A stretch of DNA of 64,000 bases, taken from Patescibacteria group bacterium. Lineage in GTDB: Bacteria; Patescibacteriota; Patescibacteriia; Magasanikbacterales; GWA2-37-8. Shown here piece by piece: positions 19,794 to 29,758 of the stretch (the stretch's first letter is position 1; each line of letters begins with the position of its first letter). The stretch lies in the NCBI GenBank assembly GCA_041661385.1, contig JBAZUP010000001.1, positions 495,920 to 559,919 on the forward strand, read 5' to 3'. A model generated the notes under the pieces. The model was given only the letters and a program-made list of their open reading frames with translations. It was not told the origin of the DNA and searched no databases. The translations under genes were made by a program, and so were the position numbers.

Positions 19794-19830
19794 GGGCGTG
19801 TAACTCAGCGGTTAGAGTGCCACCTTTATA
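19794..19830 (+). other. 5' half of an interrupted tRNA (acceptor 5' strand, D-arm, anticodon stem 5' strand, loop start)
   Basis: gggcgtg ta actc agcggtta gagt g ccacc tttata. Acceptor strand is complementary, with one G-U pair, to catgccc in the 3' half at 20068-20074. Confidence 0.6.
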
Positions 19831-19875
19831 TTTACTAGGGACGAACGAAATACAAATGATTGGTGCGCCAAAAAC

Positions 19876-19948
19876 GCGCCTGTAACTCAGCGGTAAGAGT
19901 GCCACCCTTATAAGGTGGAAGTCGATGGTTCGATTCCATCCAGGCGCA
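19876..19948 (+). tRNA. tRNA, anticodon read as UAU (Ile, AUA-decoding), 73 nt, no encoded CCA
   Basis: gcgcctg/caggcgc acceptor; D-arm actc-agcggtaa-gagt; anticodon arm ccacc-cttataa-ggtgg; T-arm gatgg-ttcgatt-ccatc; discriminator A. Anticodon identity is from a manual fold. Confidence 0.7.
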
Positions 19949-19982
19949 CCGCTCATTTGCATTTCTGAGGCCCGACGTAAAT

Positions 19983-20038
19983 ATATCTGCTAGTGAGGAA
20001 AAAATGAATTAATTCGCTTTTTCCTCACTAGCAGATAT
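19983..20038. repeat. Perfect 21-bp inverted repeat with a 14-nt loop, immediately 5' of the tRNA 3' half
   Basis: atatctgctagtgaggaaaaa ...atgaattaattcgc... tttttcctcactagcagatat. All 21 pairs are Watson-Crick. Confidence 0.8.
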
Positions 20039-20039
20039 A

Positions 20040-20075
20040 AGGTGGAGGTCGATGGTTCGATTCCATCCATGCCCA
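20040..20075 (+). other. 3' half of the interrupted tRNA (anticodon stem 3' strand, variable loop, T-arm, acceptor 3' strand)
   Basis: a ggtgg aggtc gatgg ttcgatt ccatc catgccc a. 37 of 38 nt identical to the 3' part of the intact tRNA up to the acceptor. The rluD-like ATG follows 1 nt later. Confidence 0.6.
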
Positions 20076-20076
20076 C

Positions 20077-21054
20077 ATGAAAAATACTACCAAATTTATA
20101 ATTTCTGAACAAAACTCCGAACAACGGTTGGATATTTTTTTATTGGAAAAATTGAAAATTTCACGTTCTAAAGTTCAAAAACTAGTAGAAGATGGACTAA
20201 TCACACTAAATGGGAAAATTCCAAAAAAATCCGGAAATACTTTGAAATCTGGCAATATAATTATTGTTGAAAACACAGAGCAGCCCAAAAAAACTACAGT
20301 TAAAAAAAATACCAAAAAAACAACGGACGCAAAAATACCAGCTCAGCTAATTCCAAAAATAATATCCGAAAATCCTGATTATATTATCATTGAAAAACCT
20401 TCCGGACTCCTCACCCACCCCACCATGGCCAATGAAAAAATTAGCCTTTCTTCCTGGTTATCTGAAAAATACCCGGAAATAAAAAAAGTTGGAGACGACC
20501 CGCAAGTCAGACCCGGCATTGTTCATCGCCTTGATAAGGAAGCCTCCGGCCTTATGGTAATCGCGCGTACCCAAAAAATGTTCAATCATTTAAAAGATCA
20601 ATTTAAAAACCGCACAATCGAAAAAGAATACTTCGCGCTTGTCCACGGCCGGGTAGCAAGAGATTGGGAAATATTAACTTTTCCGATTGCCCGTTCGGAA
20701 AGCGGCGATCGGATGGCAGCGCGGCCGGTTATTAAGGGCAAAGTTGAAGGCGAAAAAGAAGCTAAGACCGAATTTTTTGTTGAAAGAAAATTTGTAAACT
20801 TTACCTTACTAAAAATCATTCTTCACACCGGACGCATGCATCAAATTCGTGTTCATTTCCTGGCTTACAACCACCCCCTGGTTGGCGACCCGCTTTATTT
20901 TCAAAAAAAGCGCAAACGTGTCTGGGATGATAAACTTGGACGGCTTTTCTTACACTCCGCCAAATTATCCTTTGTTGATTTACACGGAGAAAGACAAACT
21001 TTTGAATCAGTCTTGCCGAAAACCTTAAAGAACTTTCTGGAAGAATTAGCCTAA
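20077..21054 (+). CDS. RluA-family 23S rRNA pseudouridine synthase (S4 domain plus catalytic domain)
   Basis: HRLDKEASGLMVIARTQK (catalytic Asp motif), N-terminal S4-like domain. Confidence 0.8.
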   Translation: MKNTTKFIISEQNSEQRLDIFLLEKLKISRSKVQKLVEDGLITLNGKIPKKSGNTLKSGNIIIVENTEQPKKTTVKKNTKKTTDAKIPAQLIPKIISENPDYIIIEKPSGLLTHPTMANEKISLSSWLSEKYPEIKKVGDDPQVRPGIVHRLDKEASGLMVIARTQKMFNHLKDQFKNRTIEKEYFALVHGRVARDWEILTFPIARSESGDRMAARPVIKGKVEGEKEAKTEFFVERKFVNFTLLKIILHTGRMHQIRVHFLAYNHPLVGDPLYFQKKRKRVWDDKLGRLFLHSAKLSFVDLHGERQTFESVLPKTLKNFLEELA

Positions 21055-21061
21055 ATATTTT

Positions 21062-21628
21062 ATGAATAAAAATTTACTAGTCATAATTTCATCTCCTTCC
21101 GGCGGAGGTAAGGATACAGTAATAACCGAATTGCAAAAATTAATTCCTAATTCTGCAAAATTGGTTACCACTACCACCCGCCCTCCCCGCCCTGGCGATC
21201 AAGAGGGCGTCAGCTACTTCTTTGTATCTGAAGATGCTTTTAAAAGACGAATCGACGCTGGCGAACTGCTTGAATATAACTATTACGCCGGACATTACTA
21301 CGGTTCGGAAAAATCCGTATTAGAAACCGCCCGAACAAAATATGATGTGGTCTTTTCGAATATTGAAGTAAACGGCAAGCATAATTTAGACATTCTTGGA
21401 ATTCAAAATCTTTCTTTTTTCCTTTTTCCAGAATCAATTGATATTTTAAAAAAACGAATTGAAAAAAGGGGTGGTATTTCTCCTGAAATGATGGAAGAAA
21501 GATTAAAGATTGCTGAGGAGGAAATTGAAAAATCACAGGATTATGATTTTCGATTTGTTAATGCCGAAGGCAAAGTGGATGAAGTGGTAAAAAAGATCGA
21601 AAAAATCATTAAAGACCGCCAAAAATAG
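21062..21628 (+). CDS. gmk: Guanylate kinase
   Basis: LVIISSPSGGGKDT P-loop, TTRPPRPGDQEGVSYFFV. Confidence 0.8.
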   Translation: MNKNLLVIISSPSGGGKDTVITELQKLIPNSAKLVTTTTRPPRPGDQEGVSYFFVSEDAFKRRIDAGELLEYNYYAGHYYGSEKSVLETARTKYDVVFSNIEVNGKHNLDILGIQNLSFFLFPESIDILKKRIEKRGGISPEMMEERLKIAEEEIEKSQDYDFRFVNAEGKVDEVVKKIEKIIKDRQK

Positions 21629-21645
21629 AAAATACGGCTGTCTCT

Positions 21646-21674
21646 TGACAAAAACGGCAAAAAAGTCTAATATA
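21646..21674 (+). promoter_or_regulatory. Sigma70-type promoter for rplS
   Basis: TTGACA, 17 nt, TAATAT. The conserved leader module lies about 45 nt downstream inside the transcript. Confidence 0.55.
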
Positions 21675-21784
21675 TACCTCACTTAAATGAAATATAACTT
21701 TATAGGGGTAAAAACCTCATATATTCTCATTCGCTCGAGAATAATTAAAATCAATTTAAATTATTCCACTCACTCATTTCGAAT

Positions 21785-22138
21785 ATGGCTGAAGAAATTA
21801 AAGTAGCGGCTGCCCCCCAGTACAAACCTGGCATGGTAGTAAAAATTCACCAGAAAATTAAAGAATTCAACACCAAGGGTGAAGAAAAAGAACGTATCCA
21901 GGTCTTTGAAGGAACTATTATCGCAGTTAGGCACGGCAATGAAGTCGGCGCCACAATGACTGTTCGAAAAGTTTCTGACGGCGTAGGAGTTGAAAAAATC
22001 TATCCTTTGCTTTCTCCAATCATCGACAAGATCGAAATCGTCAAAACTCTCGAAGTAAGACGTGCCAAACTGCACTTCTTGCGCGGCAGTGATTTCAAGC
22101 GTAAAATGTCTGAAAAGAAAAAGATTGTAAAGAAGTAG
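21785..22138 (+). CDS. rplS: 50S ribosomal protein L19
   Basis: [13 protein letters not shown]...[21 protein letters not shown]...TMTVRK; L19 signature. Confidence 0.9.
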   Translation: MAEEIKVAAAPQYKPGMVVKIHQKIKEFNTKGEEKERIQVFEGTIIAVRHGNEVGATMTVRKVSDGVGVEKIYPLLSPIIDKIEIVKTLEVRRAKLHFLRGSDFKRKMSEKKKIVKK

Positions 22139-22149
22139 TTATATAAATA

Positions 22150-22179
22150 AAAAAAACCCGCCAACGAGGCGGGTTTTTT
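22150..22179. terminator. Bidirectional rho-independent terminator
   Basis: aaaaaaacccgccaacgaggcgggtttttt. Confidence 0.8.
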
Positions 22180-22190
22180 AATATTGAATT

Positions 22191-25031
22191 TTACAAATAC
22201 TTTCCGGTCCAGCTTTTTTTATTTTTCCGGATATCGGCCGGCGTGCCGACTGCAACTACTTCACCGCCACCTTTGCCACCCTCTGGACCCATATCAATAA
22301 TCCAATCTGCCGAGCGGATGACATCTAGATTGTGTTCAATGATCAAAACCGAGTTACCTTTCAGAACCAATTGACTAAGTACTTGGAGCAAGCGTTTGGT
22401 ATCTTCAAAATGCAAACCAGTCGTAGGTTCGTCTAAGATATACAAAGTATTGCCGGTTGAGGCGCGCGACAATTCCTGAGCGAGTTTAATACGCTGAGCC
22501 TCACCACCGGAAATGGTCGTAGCCGGCTGGCCTAATTCCACATAACCAAGACCAACTTCACGCAAGACATTTAACTTGTCGGAGATGGCTGGATATTCGT
22601 GGAAAAAAGTGTAAGCCTCTTCCACAGTCATTTTTAGAACATCCGCAATATGTTTGTTGTGATATTTAATTTCGAGCGCTTCCTGATTATAACGCAAACC
22701 ATTACACTCGCCGCATTCCACAAACACATCAGCTAAAAATTGCATTGGGATTCGCACATAACCTTCACCAGCACAGGCTTCACAGCGGCCGCCTTTTACA
22801 TTAAAACTAAATTTACCGGCATCATAACCGCGTAGGCGCGCTTCAGACAACGATGAGAAAAGGTCGCGAATCAAAGTAAAGACTCCCGTATAAGTAGCGG
22901 GGTTCGAGCGCGGCGTACGACCAATCGGCGATTGGTCAATTGCGATGACTTTATCAACATTTGAAACACCCTTAATACTTTTGTGAGCACCCGGTTCATC
23001 TTTTGCGCGATAAAAATATTTTGATAATGCCTTACTTAAAATATCAATTATCAAAGTTGATTTACCGGATCCAGAAACACCAGTCACTGCCACTAATTTT
23101 TGCAACGGAATTTCAACATCAATGTTTTTTAAATTAAATGCTTTGGCACCAGTAATAATAATCGATTTTTTAGCTTTAGGTTGTACTTTTGACCGTGGTC
23201 CTTTACGGCGGAATTCTTCACTAATATCAATTCTTCCGGACAAATACTCAGCCGTTAAAGATTTTTTATTTTTCTTAAAATCCGGTAAAGTTCCGGCAGC
23301 AATCACCTCGCCGCCATACACACCGGCGCCGGGACCAATATCAATAAGATAATCAGCTTCGAGCATCATCGCTGGATCGTGTTCAACTACAATCACTGTA
23401 TTACCAAGATCGCGCAAATATTTAAGTGTGTGAATAAGTTTTTGGTTATCACGGGGGTGCAGACCAACCGAGGGCTCGTCGAGAATATAAATAACACCAG
23501 TGAGACCCGCCGAAAGCTGGCTGGCAAGACGCACACGTGTTACTTCACCGCCCGAAAGCGTATTCATGGCCCGGCTAAGATTAAGATAGCCAAGGCCGAC
23601 CTGCTCAAGATTCTGTAGACGCGGCAAAATTTCACGAATAATCGGCTCGACAATTTTAGAGGATTTTTTATAATTTTCAGCTTTATCGTTTTTTGTTTTT
23701 ATATCAATCCCAAACATTTTTACCAAAAAAGTCCGGCTCTCTTCAATACTCATACCGGCCATATCCGAAATTGTATACTCGCCTACTCGAACCGAGAGTG
23801 ATTCTTGACGCAGACGTTTGCCCTGACAAATCGGACAAATTTTTTCGCGCATGTATTGTTCAATTTCTTTACGGACATATTCAGAATTTGTTTCGAGGTG
23901 CTTTTGCATCAGATCCGGTATTACACCAGGATAAGAAACTTTTTTTCCATCGACATCAAACCTTTCACTGCCGCTTCCGTACAAAATAATATTAAGAGTC
24001 TTGGCTTGTAATTCTGCGACCGGAGTATGTACAGAAAAACCATAAAGCTCTGCCACTTTGGTCAGAATCTTTTGATACCAGCTCTGGTTTCCGGTGATTC
24101 GGGTCCAAGGCTGAATCGCGCCTTCGGCAAGCGTTAATTTACTATTTGGTATTACTAATGTTGGATCTACTTCCATGGTCACACCAAGACCGGTACAGCG
24201 CTGGCAAGCACCATAGGGGCTATTAAAACTAAAGCTGCGCATGTCGAGCGTCGGCATTATGCGACCACAGCGCGGACAAAGTCCAACCGTAGAAAAAAGT
24301 TGAGATTTGTCACCGGTCACAATTTTAACGAGACCATTGCTAAGGTCCTCAGCGGTTTCAACCGGTTTTGTGAGGTCATCTTTTTTTACATTCATTATTT
24401 TTCCGACCAGCAAATCTACATCATAAGGCTGCTCATCAAAAAATTTGTATTCTGCAAGTTCATTTATTTTTAAAAGTTCACCGTTTACTCTCACCCATTC
24501 ATAACCGGACTTCTCTATTTTTTCAATCAAATCCTTTGATTCCACCATGGAATCACGCACCAGCGGCGCATATATTTCCACCAATACCGCTTTGCGCGCC
24601 AGTTCACGTACTTTCTCTACTATCTTTCCAACTGAAAAAACTTCTACCGGAATATGGCAGTCTGGACAGTGCTGAGTACCGGAACGTGCAAAAAGCAAAC
24701 GCAAGTAATCATAAATTTCAGTAACCGTTCCGACAGTTGAACGTGGATTCTGAGTAGAAACTTTTTGGTCAATCGCGATAGTCGGTGAAAGACCGTCAAT
24801 GGAATCGACGTCGGGCTTATCTTGCACATCCATAAACTGCCTGGCGTAAGATGAAAGCGATTCGGCATAACGGCGCTGGCCTTCGGCGTAAATAGTATCA
24901 AAGGCAAGACTGGATTTACCGGAACCCGAAAGACCGGTGATTACCACCAGTTTATTCTTCGGAATTTCCAGGCTAATATTTTTTAAGTTGTGCGCCCGAG
25001 CTCCTTTAATTATCAATTTCTGATTTGGCAT
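22191..25031 (-). CDS. uvrA: Excinuclease ABC subunit A, full length
   Basis: 946 aa. Two ABC modules ([25 protein letters not shown]), signature [12 protein letters not shown], zinc-finger Cys clusters. Confidence 0.95.
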   Translation of the reverse strand: MPNQKLIIKGARAHNLKNISLEIPKNKLVVITGLSGSGKSSLAFDTIYAEGQRRYAESLSSYARQFMDVQDKPDVDSIDGLSPTIAIDQKVSTQNPRSTVGTVTEIYDYLRLLFARSGTQHCPDCHIPVEVFSVGKIVEKVRELARKAVLVEIYAPLVRDSMVESKDLIEKIEKSGYEWVRVNGELLKINELAEYKFFDEQPYDVDLLVGKIMNVKKDDLTKPVETAEDLSNGLVKIVTGDKSQLFSTVGLCPRCGRIMPTLDMRSFSFNSPYGACQRCTGLGVTMEVDPTLVIPNSKLTLAEGAIQPWTRITGNQSWYQKILTKVAELYGFSVHTPVAELQAKTLNIILYGSGSERFDVDGKKVSYPGVIPDLMQKHLETNSEYVRKEIEQYMREKICPICQGKRLRQESLSVRVGEYTISDMAGMSIEESRTFLVKMFGIDIKTKNDKAENYKKSSKIVEPIIREILPRLQNLEQVGLGYLNLSRAMNTLSGGEVTRVRLASQLSAGLTGVIYILDEPSVGLHPRDNQKLIHTLKYLRDLGNTVIVVEHDPAMMLEADYLIDIGPGAGVYGGEVIAAGTLPDFKKNKKSLTAEYLSGRIDISEEFRRKGPRSKVQPKAKKSIIITGAKAFNLKNIDVEIPLQKLVAVTGVSGSGKSTLIIDILSKALSKYFYRAKDEPGAHKSIKGVSNVDKVIAIDQSPIGRTPRSNPATYTGVFTLIRDLFSSLSEARLRGYDAGKFSFNVKGGRCEACAGEGYVRIPMQFLADVFVECGECNGLRYNQEALEIKYHNKHIADVLKMTVEEAYTFFHEYPAISDKLNVLREVGLGYVELGQPATTISGGEAQRIKLAQELSRASTGNTLYILDEPTTGLHFEDTKRLLQVLSQLVLKGNSVLIIEHNLDVIRSADWIIDMGPEGGKGGGEVVAVGTPADIRKNKKSWTGKYL

Positions 25032-25045
25032 AATTAAATTATTTT

Positions 25046-26401
25046 TTATTGCAAGTTAAATCCTCCAATATCAATATTTACCATCGCGCCATTCTGAAAA
25101 TCTAATGCTGAAAATAAAGATGATGAAGATAATGAGGCTGCGTTATAGATCCAAAAACGATCACTGCCATTATGCCCCATTTTACCAAGACTATAACCAA
25201 ATTTATCAACTGCTACATTATCCGCTCCGTTGCAATTTCTATATAATGCGAAACCAAGCGCGTAGCCAAGAAATTGTTCTCCCTCCCCGGCGCATGTCTC
25301 GGAAGTATCAAGCAACCTCATAAAAAAGAATCCTGTAGTATTATCCTTCGCATTAGGAACAGTATTTATTGCTGCACTTGCGGGATATAAATTAGGTGAT
25401 ATTGGATTGTTTGGGTTTCGACATACCTTATATATTTTATTATGATCCCAGTCGTAGAGGCTTACAGTCGGGGATTGTGCCTGGTCATAAATAAACGGAA
25501 AAGAGTACCCGGCGATTACTCCGCAAATCGGTTGAATAAGATAAGTCGCTCTCATCCGTCCGAACAAAATGCCAGATTCACAACTATAATTCATATCTGT
25601 CGGAGCGCTGAAATGCATGTTTACGCATGATTTGCCGTCTGGACATTTTACACCATAACAGGTTGACCCTCCGCCGCCTTTATAATAATATCTTGCTCCG
25701 CAATTTGTTTCATCTGGAACAACTACATTATTATAAGTCATATTCCAATCAATCTGTTCCGGTATTGTTAGGCTTGATTTTTGATCACCAGTCGCTGGAG
25801 CCGCAAAAGAAAACAACTTTTCGATTTTTTTATTATCCTCTGTTACCTGTACCAATGAACAATAATTAGGAATTTCGCTAAACGGTCTGACCATGTATAC
25901 TTTTGGCATTTTCAAATTTACCAGATCCGGATTTATCGTGTTCAGAATAAAAAATGAACTATAAGCGATAAATAATCCGATTACCGCATTGCCAATTCGA
26001 TGTTTCGCAGTAGAAATTACTTCGCTATTCCCACCAGACATTGTCCACTGAAAACCCGACATTATTATGACAATGACCGCGAGAATTGCCGCTACGGTAA
26101 TTGCAAAATTATAATTTTTTGAAATAAATTCACCAATACTACCAAACTCCCTTACCCCACCGAATGATATAGCAGTTACCGCCTTTCCGGCTGGCAAACA
26201 CACTCCCCATTGATCAGGGCCTTCTCCACCCACACAGCCAGCTTCACCGGGCGCAAAACCGTTATGAGTCTTGTTTATTTTTTCACAGGCGGCTTTTTTC
26301 CAACAAATATCATTAAAATCCGGTGGAATAGCTGCGAGTGCCGATCCAGCTGCGAATAGATTCAAAGCAATTATCGCCGTTAAAAAGAGTTTACGTAACA
26401 T
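25046..26401 (-). CDS. Cys-rich secreted/membrane protein, hypothetical
   Basis: Signal peptide, about 20 Cys, internal TM AITVAAILAVIVIIM. Convergent neighbour of a DsbA-like gene. Confidence 0.5.
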   Translation of the reverse strand: MLRKLFLTAIIALNLFAAGSALAAIPPDFNDICWKKAACEKINKTHNGFAPGEAGCVGGEGPDQWGVCLPAGKAVTAISFGGVREFGSIGEFISKNYNFAITVAAILAVIVIIMSGFQWTMSGGNSEVISTAKHRIGNAVIGLFIAYSSFFILNTINPDLVNLKMPKVYMVRPFSEIPNYCSLVQVTEDNKKIEKLFSFAAPATGDQKSSLTIPEQIDWNMTYNNVVVPDETNCGARYYYKGGGGSTCYGVKCPDGKSCVNMHFSAPTDMNYSCESGILFGRMRATYLIQPICGVIAGYSFPFIYDQAQSPTVSLYDWDHNKIYKVCRNPNNPISPNLYPASAAINTVPNAKDNTTGFFFMRLLDTSETCAGEGEQFLGYALGFALYRNCNGADNVAVDKFGYSLGKMGHNGSDRFWIYNAASLSSSSLFSALDFQNGAMVNIDIGGFNLQ

Positions 26402-26420
26402 AACACAAATTTAAGAAAAG

Positions 26421-27173
26421 TCAAGGGTTAACACTATCAAAATACATTTTCCAAATATCAAATGTTACCGCCCCTTCCACTTTTTGACCGTTTATAAAAA
26501 ATGTCGGCGTGCCCCGCACTCCTGCTTCTACACCATCAAAATAATCTTTATTAACCTCAATTTTAGTTTGCGGATCGGCAAGGCAATTTTTTAACACCGA
26601 AAGCGATAAACCGGTATCAGAAACAATACTATCTAAACTATCTTCGGTGAATGGATGAGGCAGGGTGTCGTATTTTTCAAAAATATAATCGTGCACCGGC
26701 CAAAACCGGCTCTGCTTCCAACTGCACCAGGCAATTTCAGAAAGAAAATCCGAATCCTCATGCCCTGGAATTGATACGGCGGGAAATTGACGGATGATAA
26801 CTTTTGCCCGGTTGCCATACAATGCGGCAACCTTATCAATATCTTTATATACCATCCGGCAATTCGGACAATTATAATCAACAAACTCAACAATCGTAAT
26901 TTCTGCGCCGTTACTTTTTCCGCGATATGGGTGGCTTCCTCCCTCTAAAAAATTACGGTCAAAACTTGTTAATGAGTTTGCCTCACCGTCAGACGTAAAA
27001 TTCTTTGGATTATCTAAAACAATCTTTTTACCCTGTTTAATTTGTACAAAGTACCAAGCGGTGGTGGCAAAGTATCCGCCAAGCAATAAAATTAAGACAA
27101 AAATAATTCCAATTATTAATATCTTTTTCCCATTATGACTTTGGGGCTTTTGTAGAAAACCACGATCCCGCAT
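26421..27173 (-). CDS. DsbA-like thiol:disulfide oxidoreductase
   Basis: N-terminal TM anchor, thioredoxin CxxC motif DYNCPNCRMV. Confidence 0.75.
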   Translation of the reverse strand: MRDRGFLQKPQSHNGKKILIIGIIFVLILLLGGYFATTAWYFVQIKQGKKIVLDNPKNFTSDGEANSLTSFDRNFLEGGSHPYRGKSNGAEITIVEFVDYNCPNCRMVYKDIDKVAALYGNRAKVIIRQFPAVSIPGHEDSDFLSEIAWCSWKQSRFWPVHDYIFEKYDTLPHPFTEDSLDSIVSDTGLSLSVLKNCLADPQTKIEVNKDYFDGVEAGVRGTPTFFINGQKVEGAVTFDIWKMYFDSVNP

Positions 27174-27401
27174 AGAACAAAATAATTCCCTTTCACTATA
27201 TCACAAAAAATGGGCTTTTTCTAGCCCTAACCCCTTATTTCTTAAATTAACAGTATTGACGAAAACCGGCTCTTATGCTATATTATGCATGCTTTACAAC
27301 TTCCAACCCTCCTCCACTTTGACCGTTATATCGACGATATAATCTAATTCGCTTGGAAATATCTAAATACCTTTATAAATTTCACTCACTCATTGACGAT
27401 T

Positions 27402-27617
27402 ATGAAAGAGACAGTCTATAATATAATTCAATTGACGCTATCAGTTATATTGATTGTAATTATACTATTGCAACAAAAGGGAGCCGGCTTATCCGGCATT
27501 TTTGGTGGATCCAGCAATGTTTACAGCACCAAAAGAGGTGTTGATAAATTTCTCCACTGGGGAACCATCATTCTTTCCATTATCTTCTTCGGCGTCGCAC
27601 TTCTGAGACTTATCTAA
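27402..27617 (+). CDS. secG: Preprotein translocase subunit SecG
   Basis: ILIVIILLQQKGAGLSGIFGGSS; SecG signature. ATG 27402 preferred over the track's TTG 27393. Confidence 0.8.
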   Translation: MKETVYNIIQLTLSVILIVIILLQQKGAGLSGIFGGSSNVYSTKRGVDKFLHWGTIILSIIFFGVALLRLI

Positions 27618-27655
27618 ATTTTAGGCGTCATTTAAAATCGACTAATTATTTCGTC

Positions 27656-29575
27656 ATGCTTCGGTTTTTTCTTCGTCCAACCAAGGACCGGCGCTCCATT
27701 AGCGCACTTGATTACAAACTCGTAAAGCAAGCGCAAAATGGCGGCCTTCCTAGCCCGGCCCAAATAAAATACTTATTTCGTTTTCTTTCAACAAAAGAAA
27801 AAAACTTTTTTTTCTTATTTTTTTTCACCGCCATATTCGGAGCGCTTTCACTTTTTGGAGTCTTTGTAAGCAAACATATTAGTTTAGTGCCGGCTGAAGG
27901 CGGAGAATACAGCGAAGCTCTTATCGGCCAGCCTAAATACATCAATCCTATCTATGCGAGTATAAATGATGTTGACCAAGACCTTGCCTCTCTCACCTAT
28001 TCCGGCCTTTTCCGATTTAATGATAATCAGATTTTAGAACCCGATATTGCCGAAAGCTTTTCGATTAGCACTGACACAAAGAGTTATTTAATAAAAATAA
28101 AAACCGGCGTCAAATTCGCGGACAATCAACCTTTAACAGCGAATGATGTAGTTTACACTTTTGATTTAATTCAGAACCCGGAAGTTGCCAGCCCGCTTTC
28201 AGCCGCTTTTCATGGTGTTAAGGTGGAAAAAATAAGTGAGTTTGAAGTTAAATTTACTCTTAAAGAACCCTTTGCCCCATTTTTAGACAGTTTGACCGTT
28301 GGTATTTTACCGGAACATATTTGGTCAGAAATCAGTCCAAATGGCATTCGTCTTGCAAAAAATAATCTTCAACCGGCTGGGGCAGGTCCTTGGCAATTTG
28401 GAAAAATTATCAAAGACGCCACCGGTCGAATTGACAGCATTACCCTCAATCGCAATGAATATTATTTTAAAAACAAACCGTTTATTAGAAATTTACGTTT
28501 TAAATTCTTTGATGAATACGGAAGTGCAATTGAAGCTTTAAAAAGCCAAAATGTCGATACTCTCAGTTTTATACCAAACTACGCGAGCCTTAAATTGAAT
28601 AATAAAAATTTGAATTTCTTTGATTTACGTTTTCCAGAATATACCGCTTTATTTTTTAATCAAACCTTTCAGCCGTTTTTAAAAGATTCCGATCTGCGGC
28701 TCGCTCTTTTGAAAGCCTTAGACAAAAATTACTTGTCTGAAACAGTTTTGAGCGGACACGCCACGCCAATTGATTCACCGTTTTTGCCGGGCAGCCTAGG
28801 TTATTCACCGGATCTTAAAAAAATCACCTTTAACCCGTCTGATGCAAACACCCTGCTTGATAAAAAATGGACCCGGTTGCAACCGGAAGAATATTTTACA
28901 CTGCGCCGGAATGCTCTCATTAAAGAATTAGGAATAAATAAACCCACCAGCACGATAGCTACTTCGACAATGAACGCTGATGATGAAAAAAGAATTTCTG
29001 ATATTATCAGATCGGAAATGGAAGCTGACCAGCCATTTTATCGCCGTGATAAAGATAATAATATTCTTCAGCTAAATATAACTACTGCCGATACCGAAGA
29101 GTACGGGAAAGTAGCAAATGAAATTGCTAAATATTGGAAAAAAGTCGGCATTCGCACTACGATTGAACGCACCAATGCCGGAAGACTTTTGCGCGACTCT
29201 GTAAAAAACCGCACTTATGATGTTTTACTTTATAGCGAAATTACCGGCAGTGACCCTGACCCATATCCATTTTGGCACTCTTCTCAGATCGATTATCCCG
29301 GATTAAATCTTTCTGGATTCAGCGACCGTAACGCCGATAAATTGCTTGAAGATTCTCGCGTAACAGTCGACCCTAAAATTCGAGCCGAAAATTATCTAAA
29401 ATTTCAAAATATTCTGATTGATGAAGTCCCAGCTATTTTTCTTTATACTCCTTGGCATTCAATGGCCGTAAACAAAGAAGTAAAAGGAGTAAATGTTTCA
29501 GTCCTGAATGTTCCGACTGACAGATTTTCTGGACTTTCCAATTGGTATCTAAAAACAAAATTTAAGTGGAAATAA
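27656..29575 (+). CDS. ABC transporter substrate-binding protein, family 5 (peptide/oligopeptide type)
   Basis: 639 aa. N-terminal TM/signal. SBP_bac_5-like blocks: YSGLFRFND, FKIKTGVKFADNQPLTANDVVYTF. Confidence 0.7.
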   Translation: MLRFFLRPTKDRRSISALDYKLVKQAQNGGLPSPAQIKYLFRFLSTKEKNFFFLFFFTAIFGALSLFGVFVSKHISLVPAEGGEYSEALIGQPKYINPIYASINDVDQDLASLTYSGLFRFNDNQILEPDIAESFSISTDTKSYLIKIKTGVKFADNQPLTANDVVYTFDLIQNPEVASPLSAAFHGVKVEKISEFEVKFTLKEPFAPFLDSLTVGILPEHIWSEISPNGIRLAKNNLQPAGAGPWQFGKIIKDATGRIDSITLNRNEYYFKNKPFIRNLRFKFFDEYGSAIEALKSQNVDTLSFIPNYASLKLNNKNLNFFDLRFPEYTALFFNQTFQPFLKDSDLRLALLKALDKNYLSETVLSGHATPIDSPFLPGSLGYSPDLKKITFNPSDANTLLDKKWTRLQPEEYFTLRRNALIKELGINKPTSTIATSTMNADDEKRISDIIRSEMEADQPFYRRDKDNNILQLNITTADTEEYGKVANEIAKYWKKVGIRTTIERTNAGRLLRDSVKNRTYDVLLYSEITGSDPDPYPFWHSSQIDYPGLNLSGFSDRNADKLLEDSRVTVDPKIRAENYLKFQNILIDEVPAIFLYTPWHSMAVNKEVKGVNVSVLNVPTDRFSGLSNWYLKTKFKWK

Positions 29576-29581
29576 TTTAGA

Positions 29582-29666
29582 GCGGACGTGGCGGAACTGG
29601 TATACGCGTACGTCTCAGAAGCGTATGGAGCAATCCTTGAGGGTTCGAGTCCCTCCGTCCGCACCA
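29582..29666 (+). tRNA. tRNA-Leu(CAG), type II with long variable arm, CCA encoded
   Basis: gcggacg...tacgt-ctcagaa-gcgta, variable arm ggagcaatcc, T-arm gaggg-ttcgagt-ccctc, cgtccgc-a-cca. Confidence 0.8.
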
Positions 29667-29758
29667 GAGTGTAGCGACACATTTGTATGCGTCCCACAAT
29701 CCCTCCTTTTCTTTTTTAGGACTGGAATTAATTTATTATTTATTCTTCGTAACCAATT

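Noticed and set aside
19831-20039. The roughly 209-nt insert splitting the tRNA, considered as a self-splicing group I intron like those in some bacterial tRNA anticodon loops
   Set aside because: No recognisable group I core (no P7 G-binding region, no P/Q/R/S-like elements). The insert instead contains an intact tRNA and a simple 21-bp hairpin. The size is compatible, but the content is not.
27207-27232. Hairpin gggct/agccc with flanking A/T runs upstream of the dsbA-like start
   Set aside because: It lies upstream of the minus-strand gene start, so it cannot terminate that gene, and no plus-strand gene precedes it. Function unclear, so not called.
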